DNA from: Bilabrum cf. latius
Taxonomy: Eukaryota
Reading direction: 5' to 3'
Length of the DNA: 64,000 bases
Assembly: GCA_965178125.1 (NCBI GenBank)
Contig: OZ237768.1
Coordinates: 248,001 to 312,000 of the forward strand
The position numbers were made by a program, and so were the translations under genes. Positions 52,101 to 62,040 of the stretch are shown here, in pieces. Numbering within the stretch: position 1 is the first letter of the stretch; every line of letters begins with the position of its first letter. Under the pieces are notes generated by a model. That model was not told the origin of the DNA. It saw nothing but the letters and a program-made list of their open reading frames with translations, and did not search any database.

Positions 52101-55100
52101 GCATCGCACTGGGCGAAATTGCCACATCGCACCGCAAAGGGATCACTGCACCTTGAGCCCCTGACACGATCTGTGCGGTAGACTCACTGCTGGCAATGCT
52201 GACGTGCACCGCTGGGATTGCGTCCACAAGTACCAAGTCTTCACAAGCGAGATCGGCACCAATGAAAAACTAAGCCCAAATAGATCTGCTGTGTATGGCA
52301 AGTGGGATGTCGCATAGGTACCGAGGGCCGTTCCACGTTCCATGGCACTCCAGTCCGTTCATCAATGCGAGCACATCAGGAACCTGATCATTCAACAACA
52401 CTTCGAACTCGAAGGCAACACTGCTATTTGACCGAGTCAATGGCTCAATCTGCTTGCATACGGGTCTATCCAATACGTGAAGAGTATCAACAGCGGTATT
52501 GCGACCTAGTACGGTGACCCAGAGTTCATATGTACCAGGTGGCACGCGTTCGAAGTTGACAGAATCTCCGAAGATCCTGGCGGCAACTGCCTCAGCCTTG
52601 CCATTCAGGTACAGCTACGCCGCCTCCAACTACCATTCGCTATCGTCTTCGCTAACTCTGTCGTCGGAAACCTAGACCCAAAAACTCGGGGAGTGCACCA
52701 CATGTGTTGACAGCGACAGACCCAACAGTTGGAGCGTGGACCCATCGCCATATTTGCTCGCCTTAGCTGATGCTGATTCCTTGCTGCGACCTAATGGAAT
52801 GCTGACAGAAACACCACTCTATCCAAACAGCCGTATCGAAGATGCTGACTCGTGGGCTAGGTCAGCCTGAAATGGGCAAACTAGCGTCTTTTCGGAGAGT
52901 TGAGCCAGCTGCCACTGGCTCTGCCCCACCATGCACCTCCATGGCCCCGCCCCCGCTACATCATCAGTGCGATCATCGAATACAATGATGGCATCGGATG
53001 CTTCTTGACCTGCTGCAGCTAGAGACTGTACGACGTAAGCGTTCTGCAGGATTGCACCAGGAATGTCAACGAGCAGAGTCACAGAAGCATTCAAATTTCC
53101 GGTTCTGTCTGGGCTACATTCCAGTTGTATCGCCATGGATCCTTGTAGCAACAACTAGCCAAAGTCACAAACGAAAATTTCGGGTGATAGAATCTCCGCT
53201 GCCACTTGCATCATCTCTGCGATGCACGCGCACCGGAACAGGCTAGTTGAGGAAGACAGCAGCACCGCAACTCCACGAGGATCAGGGCCGTCCCACAGTA
53301 TGCGGCTGCCAAGAATATCAATCGGAGCACTCGAATTGGAGCTATTGAAGTCTATCTCCTAACCACCCTCGTGCACTATTGTCTCATCTGCCTAAAGAGA
53401 CCATGCATTGCTGGACTAGGCAGAGCCTGTGTGCCCCGCCTTGGAGATACGAAGCCAGGCACTGTCAAACTCCTCGCCATGCAGCGAAAATGAGGCCTTA
53501 ACAACAGAGATACCGTCTTTTCTGTCTATCGCCCCGGCCACAAGCATAGCGCATGCAAGTGGATCGATCGAACAAGTCAAAGTGCTAATATTATGGAATG
53601 CGCAGCGCATTCCCAACCCCGCTACGTGTGCTGTAAGGTCTTGCTATGCCTAGGGGTCAGCACCGGCACTGCCGCCCAAATGAACATGTACTGCTGGGAA
53701 CGAATCTTGATGCTCACTGCAATTCAAATCGAGTGTCGTTGGCTGCACATGTCGAATGTGTGGCACATCGATGACACGAGACTGGGTGAGCTTTACCGGC
53801 GCAGTTATTGCTACACCACCACTGTGCGCCGCAACTGTAACGTTTGCGCTATAGATGGGCTCGCTTGAATTCCGTGAAACTGGGAACCGACACAAGAGAG
53901 AATCAGTGCTTCCAGCCATGGCAGGCCTGTTTTGGCCCGACTCATCCGTGCACACCAGCCTGAACCCAGCCTCTGCAAGTCTTCGGAGTGTCGTCTCGTT
54001 GCTCTCTCTTCCAAAAGACACAGTTTCATGGTGCTTGCTACGAGAATATGAAGCAGAGAGTTCCGTATGAGCAGCTATCCGCAGTATCTGCACAGCACCT
54101 GCTACCACTCCATCAAAAAGCAAGGTAGCCGCGCTAAGCTCCGTCGACACGGTGCCCTGGGTACATGAGCAATGAATGGAGCCCTCCCGCAAGCGGTCGC
54201 AATCGCACTCGACTTCTTGGGAGATGTTCACGCGAACCCGCACCCCATATCGCACGGCTTGCTCGATACAACGGGCTGTAGGGGATAATATGAAAGCATC
54301 ATGAGAGTCAGTCCGAGTACGAAGACCAGTAATAGGAGCCTGGAAAGGCAGCTGGAAAGCGAACACATCAGCCGAGGAAAACACGCTGGAGAGGCCTGGC
54401 CTGCCTCGTGCAGTCACCCCGCATTCGCCATGGGAGAGGCTCCACTCGGCAACGCGAGCGAGAGTATTCCTCTGCTGGCCGGTCAGCATCGACATGGCCC
54501 ACTAGCGATTATAGTCCAATCGGTTAGACGAGGTGACCGTCGAATTCTTCAGCAGCAAGTATCGGGGGAGGCTCTAGTCAAAGTGGATGAGTCGTACAGC
54601 TGCCGAATGGTGCAACACCGGTACCGTCGCATCGATGACTTCGACCGAGCCAGCTTGGTCCAAGTGAAATCGCTGGATAGCCCGGCAAGATGTAGTATTC
54701 GCCGGGAATTGCGTGCACACCCACCTTGCACTATCGGCCATTCTCGGCCTAGCAGCTGCTTGTGGCAACACATGCAGTGCCGCTGGCGTGCTCTGGATCA
54801 CAGCGGCAGAGGCAGGATCCATAGCAAGATCAATCTGCACATAGCAGCTCTCTCCAACACAGCCCCCCTCGGTTCCACCAATAACTCCGCTGGAGTATAC
54901 CGGAACTAAAATCGGAGCCGAGACTCGGCTGGCAAGCTCGCCAGTCGTGCGCCCGCCAAGCTCAACAGAAACCTCAGCTGTGAGTGGGAACGGGCCTTCG
55001 CTGTGCATGGATTGCACAACAAGCTAAACCATGCATATGAGTCGATTGTGCATGACCTCCAGCACGGGTGGAGCAGATCCAGTCAGTGACGACTGGCAAC

Positions 55101-57102
55101 GAATGGCGTCATCCCTGGCTGCTGCCTCGATCGCGCGCTCTGCCCGGGTAGAAGACACGATCCACTCTGCCGTGAGGCTGCCCACTCCATCCTTGATAAA
55201 GGTTGGATTCGCTGTTTCGTTGAGAGGAATTGGACGAGCCATTGCATTGAGCGAGCTTGCCGGAATGACCGCGTGCTGCATCGCAGATTCCAGCCGCTCA
55301 AGAACATCGACCCTCGAGCCAACGTCTCTCCGGTCACACTGCACAACTATGCTCGCCATTAGCATCGGTTCGGTGATGACCACCTCAGACACACATGTCA
55401 CAGATCGATTTGAATCTCGGCCCACCCCGCATCCAGACACAGCCGCGACCGGCGAGTAGTCATCTGCAGGCCACGACACGAGGCACAGGTTCTGTCGCGA
55501 CTGGGCTGATGGGCCTGTAGATGCAGTCATATCCACCTGCCATCTTCCCATTCGCGATGTCACTAGCGTAGATCGTACCGCATACAGGGGAACAATTTGT
55601 GGCAAGACCCTAACAGCTGCAACAGACCCGTTGGGACTCGCGCCTTGGCCAGTGCGATCGGCCAGAGACAGGGCAGCCGCAGCGCAATCAACAACGTGCA
55701 CATCAAACGAAGCCACTGTACGCAATTGTCTAGCGGTTATGGGTGGTAAACTGCACGAAGCGTGCTCTGTTGCGTTCTCTACTCGAAGCCTAGTTGCTCC
55801 ACGTGACAGGTGCTCTGGCGTGGATCCGTTCGATTGGACGAACAGGCAGCACAAACCACCACCTGATTCTAGAGGTCCGCTAATTGCATGACCAAGGACC
55901 TCAGTCGATAATGAGATTTGGCCGTACGCCCCCCGCTCTGTAGCAATGAATGTGAACGTGCTCGGGTCAGCGAGCGCGGGTATGTCGCAGGCACCGCGCA
56001 GCTCCAGCTCAGCCTGGCTTCCCGCCTGATCAATGAGCTCCAGCCGTTCTCCTGCTAGCGAAGCCCGGGCAGACAAGTGACAAGTTATCCTCCTGTAAGT
56101 GGAATCCACAAAGGGCTTTGTAGAATGAATGACCTTTCCTGCTCGATCCAGAACGAAGCAGCCAAGTTCATTCGCAGCAGGAATAGATAGTGTCTCTTCA
56201 GCAGTGACCACGATACTTCCTGGCAATCCAGCGGTGCATACGCTTCTATCCCGGTCGAGCTAAATCCCACCAATTGGGTTGTACAGAGACACGTGCAGCG
56301 CCGAGGTCCGGGTCCCATCGGGGGCTTGGACCCACAGGGTAGCCGACGTGCCGTTGCAGCTGCGGGCTAGGATTTCGCACTCCCCTGCTCCCTCGGACAG
56401 CAAGCGTACAGGAACCTGTACACGATCTGTGCTGGACGAGCACCTATCCTACTAGAACACGCAATACAACTCGAGCGGACCCTAGCTTCGAGAAAGCCGC
56501 TGCGGCAGGCCACGAAGCCTCACGGTGCCAACCGCATTTCGCGGCAGGAAGAGGCTGCCGGCCGCATCAACAGTCGATTGTAGGGAGGCGGAGGACTGGG
56601 TGCCAATGCCAGTGGTTCGTAGCACTACTTCCTTGTACCCAGGGTTGAATACGGCCAGGTTCAATCTCTTTGGCGCTCGATCGCCATCGTGTCCCCAATT
56701 CTGCTAGGCCCGCGCCTTTCGCAGAGCACGCTGCACATCCCTGGTAGAACCAGTTTTCCGAAGAAGCTGGTTCCCCGGCAATTGTATGTGACCACTATCA
56801 GATAGTGATAAACCTGCGCTGGACTGTGAGCTAGCTTCGCTGCCCTCAAATCGAGGTCCAGTCGATAGCACTGCCTCAACTGCCTCCAAATAGTCCACAT
56901 CAGAAATCGTCAACCGCCCCAGGTCAAACCTGCGTTAATAAAGTAAATTCCACTAGCAGCGTAGCGTATGATGCAGTATTGGATGATGCGAGGGAAGGGA
57001 GCACGGCATGTTGCTCGCTCCTCACTGCGTTGGGCCGGAAGCGTGAGCCAGCATAATCATAGCACTAGCCAGCACGCACGCTGACATATCACTGTACTTC
57101 AT
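22147..57102 (-). CDS. Giant (~11,619 aa) cell-surface protein: signal peptide, long Ig-like/IPT-TIG array, Cys-rich GCC2/GCC3-like repeats, multipass TM domain, CxxC/CxxC motif, C-terminal coiled coil
   Basis: Exon 1 at 57102-57026 encodes MKYSDMSACVLASAMIMLAHASGPT. A GTGAG...GCAG intron spans 57025-56930. Exon 2 runs 56929-22147. More than 50 minus-strand track ORFs share one frame (low coordinate = 1 mod 3) and all end at TAG except the last, which ends at TGA 22149-22147. The gaps I scanned by hand contained only TAG. Confidence 0.9.
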
Positions 57103-57173
57103 GGTACAAGTAAGCCTCGGTTAGATGACTACCTAAGCTATACTTGTCGTTATATGAGCCACAACATGCAAAG

Positions 57174-57193
57174 CGTTGCGATAGCAACGTTGC
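57174..57193. promoter_or_regulatory. Palindromic X-box-like element in the 173-bp divergent intergenic region
   Basis: GTTGCGATAGCAAC at 57175-57188 (CGTTGC-N4-GCAACG) overlaps the perfect palindrome GCAACGTTGC at 57184-57193. It sits midway between the ATGs at 57102 (-) and 57276 (+). Confidence 0.4.
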
Positions 57194-57275
57194 GTGCACA
57201 TTCGGCATACAAATTGCGATTTACCGAATTGCGACCAAACCACGCCACAGCAGCAGGAAAAGACAAGATTGACGG

Positions 57276-58818
57276 ATGTCTTCCTTTATTGAATCTGAAA
57301 CAGAACGAGTTGTAACTGTTTTAGATCTATGCGTCGCCCAGCTCCGGGATATTGCAATCGTTCCGTTGACAAAGCAGCTCCCGAAGTTCATAGTATCGGG
57401 TGCAGCGCCAACGGACAGCGGATCGACCGGAGACCAGGATGATTCGCCTCATTACTCCCCGCTGGAAACCGCCCTGCTTAAACAGGCCGAGTCCGAAATA
57501 ACGTTTGCCAAGAGCTTTGGCTAGGGGAAAGGCGGGCTGGCCCTGCCAGAATTGTTCGCAACCACTCGGAGGCTGTCTCGCGACATAGCAGCTGCGAGAC
57601 AGCTGAGAGAGGTAGGTGAAATTGGATCACAATCTGTAGATGGCAAGGTTCTTTCCATGATTGAGCGAAGCTCCGACCGCCGACGAGCGCGGGGTGCCGG
57701 TGCATCGACTGCGGCAGGTTCTGGCATGGTGCCCCCTGGCACAGCCCGTTCAACTGCGACTCATGGTACATCACGCCCATTTACGGCTGCTAGCACTACT
57801 TCAAAGGGGACTGGTGTGACTGGTGGTGGTGGTGGCGGTTTGCTTCCATTGGAAGGCTTGGCTGAAGCACTATCGCAGCTCCGAGTGAGATCGCAAAATG
57901 ATGATTCCGTCGAGACCACGCTACTGCAAGACTTGCGAAGAAGCTGCGTGCAAATTGTGACAGTAAATCGCCTTACATACCTTTGGTTTGTCTCTAAGAA
58001 GACCAGCTGCGCATTTATGAGACTGCCGCCCATTGTGGAACTCAACTCTTCCTATTCAATCGCAGGACGCGATGCATGCCCGGTTCATGACATCGGTGGA
58101 GCAGAAAGCGCTCCTCGAAGATTTCGAGCGGGGGCTGGACGACAAAATAAGGCAGGCAGAGGCGCACGAGCAGCTGCTCGTGGAGGAGCTCCGGAGGCAG
58201 CGTCAGAAGCGCGAGGCAGACCGCACCAAGCAGGACGACGAGGAAGCGAGGTTTAGGGCAGAGTACGACGACGCTGACACGAGGTCTAGGCAGGCCGCAC
58301 AGGCGCTTGCTTCGAGCGAGGCCGAGCAGCACCGCTCGCTGCGATCGTCACACGAGTCTCACTCGGAAGCGATCGACAGGGACCTGCAGCAGACCGAGCA
58401 AGCAGTTGCTCAGAAGCAGGCCGGCAATCTCGCCGCGGCGGAGGGCCTTCGAAAGAAACGCTTCCAGGAGACAGTGCGTATCACTGAGATTCTGGGCGAG
58501 TACGATGCTCGCATGGCCGAGATGCAGGCCGAGGACGACTTGCTCGCTGCCGAGAACCGCAGGATAGAGAGACAGATTGCGGCGCTGAGGCAGCACTTCG
58601 ATGTCGAGGACGCGAACGAAGGGGAGACCAAGCATGAGGACGGAACGGTTGGGGCTGCCATCCGACAGGAGTTCGACGATCGCGAGAGACAGGAGCTGAA
58701 TGCCTCCCTGGTGATCGCCGAGTGGGCGAGGAGGAGGCTGGACCAAAAAGCGGCCGAGCTAGCTGCCAAGAAGGGCAAGCGCAAGGGGAAGAAGGGCAAG
58801 AAGAAGAAGAAAAAGTGA
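57276..58818 (+). CDS. DRC10: Dynein regulatory complex subunit DRC10/IQCD-like coiled-coil protein (~479 aa)
   Basis: N-terminus ETERVVTVLDLCVAQL; coiled coil LRKKRFQETVRITEILGEYDARMAEMQ; degenerate IQ-like segment; Lys-rich tail KKGKRKGKKGKKKKKK. TAG at 57522 is read through. A phase-0 intron at ~57963-58065 (alternative donor 57948) joins the frames. Stop is TGA at 58816-58818. The related DRC9/IQCG is not excluded. Confidence 0.7.
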
Positions 58819-58852
58819 TGCATCTTGGCAATCAAACAGTCTAGTTGGTCTG

Positions 58853-59312
58853 ATGCGTTGTCGATCTGGGTGTACCAAATATGCCCCACGGATGCAAAAA
58901 CGACCGGAGCACCGTGATGGCAACTCGGAGCTGATGACGGAGACTCTGCGGCAGGACGTGGCACCTCGAACTGGCGGCTATGCCAGCTTCGATTTTCCGG
59001 CAAGTTATCAATTCTGTACCGCAAGCTGGTATTCTGTTTGTGTCTTCGTTTGCATTTGCACACGGATGGGATAGTGCAAGGTAGCACACCGAGCATGCAC
59101 AGCAGGTACCCGTGTTCCCAATTAGCGAACCCAACGACCTGGAAGCAAGGTCGGTCGAACCTGCAGACGGGAGAGTTATGCTTGCAGCGGGTGCTTCTTC
59201 TCGCGAAGAGCGCCGTCGCGCCCGCATGATCGCTAGGGTGGAGCTGAAGCGAAGACAGTCGCTGACGCCACGAGCAAGCTCTGATGCGGCATCATTGAAA
59301 GAGCGATAGTGA
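58853..59312 (+). CDS. Possible small two-exon gene with a GC-AG intron
   Basis: ORF 58853 can join ORF 59112 in frame through CCG|GCAAGT (59000) ... GCAG|GTA (59105). It ends TAG-TGA at 59307-59312. No recognisable domain. Confidence 0.25.
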
Positions 59313-59537
59313 TCTTAATGTGTGTTGCAAACTGAGTGGATGTTATTCTATACATATTATATATGATGCATGTAGCATCTTGCTTGATGTACTTTGCATC
59401 AGTCGTCACCATCAAGTTGCATGTATTCGGCTGATTGGTGACATGTGCTGACGACGGCATCCAATCCCTGGCTGCTGCGCGTTCACAGGATTGCACTGAT
59501 CACGGAGGCAAAGTAGAAGTGGTTATGGCGAACCAAT

Positions 59538-61865
59538 TCACTTTCTCTTCGGCTTGTGCGATTTTCGCCCCGCCTTCGACTTGGACGAGCTCTTGCCGCT
59601 GCCCAGCTTGAGCATTGCCTGCCAGTTGCCACTCCCGAGCGCCACGGCAGCTTTTCGATGCCCCTGCTTCCGTGACTTCTTTCCTTTTTTGCTCTTCATA
59701 TCCTAACTGGACCCGTCAGAAGCTCCGGCGCTTCCTTGATCCGACTCTCGCCTGCTCCGTTTCCCGCCCGGCGCACCCTCGGCGGGACCAGGGGCACCCC
59801 GCTTGCCCCCAATCGTGCCGCCTGCAGACTCCTCTTTCTGTGAATCCTCCCTTTCCTTTGCTCGCTCTAGGGCAGCCCAATGCCTCTCGAGCGCCTTCCG
59901 CTCTTTCTTCTGCTTGATCGTCTCGTGCCGGGGAGCGAAGGCCCGCTCGATGGCTGCCTGCAGCGTGCCGCCGGGAGCACCCGCCACACTACCCGCGGCA
60001 CCTGTGCCACCCAGATTCCATTTATCCCGGGCGAGTGCGTTCTGCAGGAAGAACACGGAGGTATCACACGTCGACACCCTGTACCTCTGCCTCCTCCACT
60101 GTTGCGACCCCTCAGTGTACCCGTGCTGGGACTGCTTGAGCACGATGCTCTGCCTGAGGAACTTGGAGGCTTGGAGCGCCCCCCACCCGGGAGAATCGTC
60201 CCACCGCGGGATGATGATGCAGAAGCCCAGGGGCACCCTTGCCCCCCGGAGGCACCCCTCCATCTTCTCGGACATGGCCCGCATCACGCCCTCCACGAAC
60301 GGCGGGTTGGCCTCCAGCGACAGCCCCCTTCCCGGGGGCAGCCGCTCCAAATCCAGGTCAAAGAAACTGCCAAGGGAACCGAACCACACGTCCGTGTCGG
60401 GAAAGGCAGAGCAGAACGGCGCCCACCTGCAGTTGAGTGGGCTGGCGAAGCATTCAACGCACGCCCCTGCCCTGCTCCTGAGCACGTCAAACACTTCGCC
60501 GTGCGCCGCTGCTTGAAAGCCACCACCGCCGCCGGAGAGCGCCTCGTATCGTGCGAGCATAGCAAACAGTCTGGGCAGGAACAGCTCTGGCTGCGATGCG
60601 CCTGGACCTCTTGAGTACAGCACCCTGAGTTTCTGGTAGTGGGTCGGGTTGAGCCTCAGCTTGAGCACCGACTTGCCGGCCTTGCCACGCGAGACAAGCA
60701 GCTACGGCGGGCGGAGAGCTCGCTCTTTCTTGCCATCTTCGCCCTTACCTTCACCCTTGCCCTTGCCCTTGGTCCCGCCTAGTTCCCCTGCCGCAGAGCT
60801 GCTTCGAGACCTACCCCCCGCGCTGCCATCCTTCGTTGTTCCCTGCGCCTTTACCGCCGCATCCCATTGCTTCCACACAGCCGGGGGCACCTCTGGACCT
60901 GCGAGGCCATCCGAGCCAGCGAAAGAGTGGCTGGAGAGTGTGGTGCCTCCTGCTTTGGGGGAGCACCGGAGCACTTGCTCGGGCTCGTGCTCGCTCTCTT
61001 CAATCATCACACGGATACCGGCTTTGCTGGCGGCACGCGAAAGTACCGAGCCGTCGACGTGTGCAGCTGGGCCACCTGTTCGCCCAGCGCGTGCAGATGC
61101 GGATGATGAGGCAGAAGAAGAAGAAGAGGAGGTGATGGAGAGGCTGCTCCCCGCCGGCATGCTTGCGTTGGCCGCCGCGATCTCCCACGCATTCGCTTCT
61201 TCTGCTACTGATGGTGACGTTCCGGGCGAGGACGAAGCAGGCGCGGGAAACGGACGCTTGATTAACCCCACAGAGGAAGCATCGGCAGCCAGTGAGACGC
61301 CGTAGTCAGCAGCGCTCGCACACGTGGCTGCGGGGGCACCGGCCGACCTGCGAGATTCGCTGTACCACGCTCGAAGCGATGGACCGGCAGACCCTGGCGC
61401 GACTACTTCGGTGGGCAGTGCTGGCGGTGTGCGCCCGACGGAGCGAGCGGCTTGCTGCGTAGCTCGTGCGAGTGCCTGGGCCGCTGCTTCGGCCTTTTCA
61501 GCCGGCATACCTGCCTTCTTTGCGGCTTCCACTAATTTATCAAACGACGATATTCTCAGCGGAATCAGCGGATCTATCGGCTCCACAGCCTTTGCGACGC
61601 TCTCGATGCCGTCGGCTAGCTCGCTCTACTTGAGCAGCTACTCGAACTGCCACTGTTCAAACGCTGCAACTGGGACATCAAATCCCTTGCATAGACCATC
61701 GAAAAACTTGTGCCTCAGTGAGCGAAGTGCTAGGCACCTCCTGGACTCGACTGCAGGATCCACAACCAACGGCAACTGCTTGCCGACTGGATTTGTAGGC
61801 AAGACAGGCGCAATATCAAGGACATGTTTGGGGCCAGCGGCTTGTTCGTCCCAAATTGGTTCCAT
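59538..61865 (-). CDS. PCIF1: mRNA cap-adjacent (m6Am) adenine-N6 methyltransferase PCIF1/CAPAM (~775 aa)
   Basis: Motifs LARYEAL..GFQAA, ECFASPLNC, FCSAFPDTD.WFGSLGSFF and catalytic EANPPF; upstream helical-domain-like AFEQWQFE and DPLIP. Track ORFs 61638, 60702 and 59703 share a frame joined by TAGs. A Lys-rich tail ends at TGA 59540-59538. Confidence 0.9.
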
Positions 61866-62040
61866 TTGATCAGCTCCGCAAACAAATCTATGGAAATGAA
61901 ATGGTTTGAGGCAAAAAAGGCCCGTCATGGAGAACTCGGTTTCACGAACGTTCCATGCGATCTGCCGAGTGTACCACTCAGTGTCCACGTGCGGCTTTGG
62001 CAGCGCGCGAGGTGCTGTCTCCGTAACGAGCATGCATTAT

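Noticed and set aside
22147-56929. Cluster of dozens of small genes, or a decayed pseudogene
   Set aside because: All fragments share one frame and break only at TAG, with no frameshifts. This fits a single ORF under a reassigned code.
56935-56937. In-frame TAA at the 5' end of the giant ORF as a second sense TAA
   Set aside because: It lies inside the predicted intron 57025-56930, whose removal joins a signal-peptide exon in frame.
59803-61869. Long + strand ORFs opposite PCIF1 (and similar antisense ORFs elsewhere, e.g. 776..1555, 16941..17756)
   Set aside because: Shadow ORFs of GC-rich coding sequence with no motifs.
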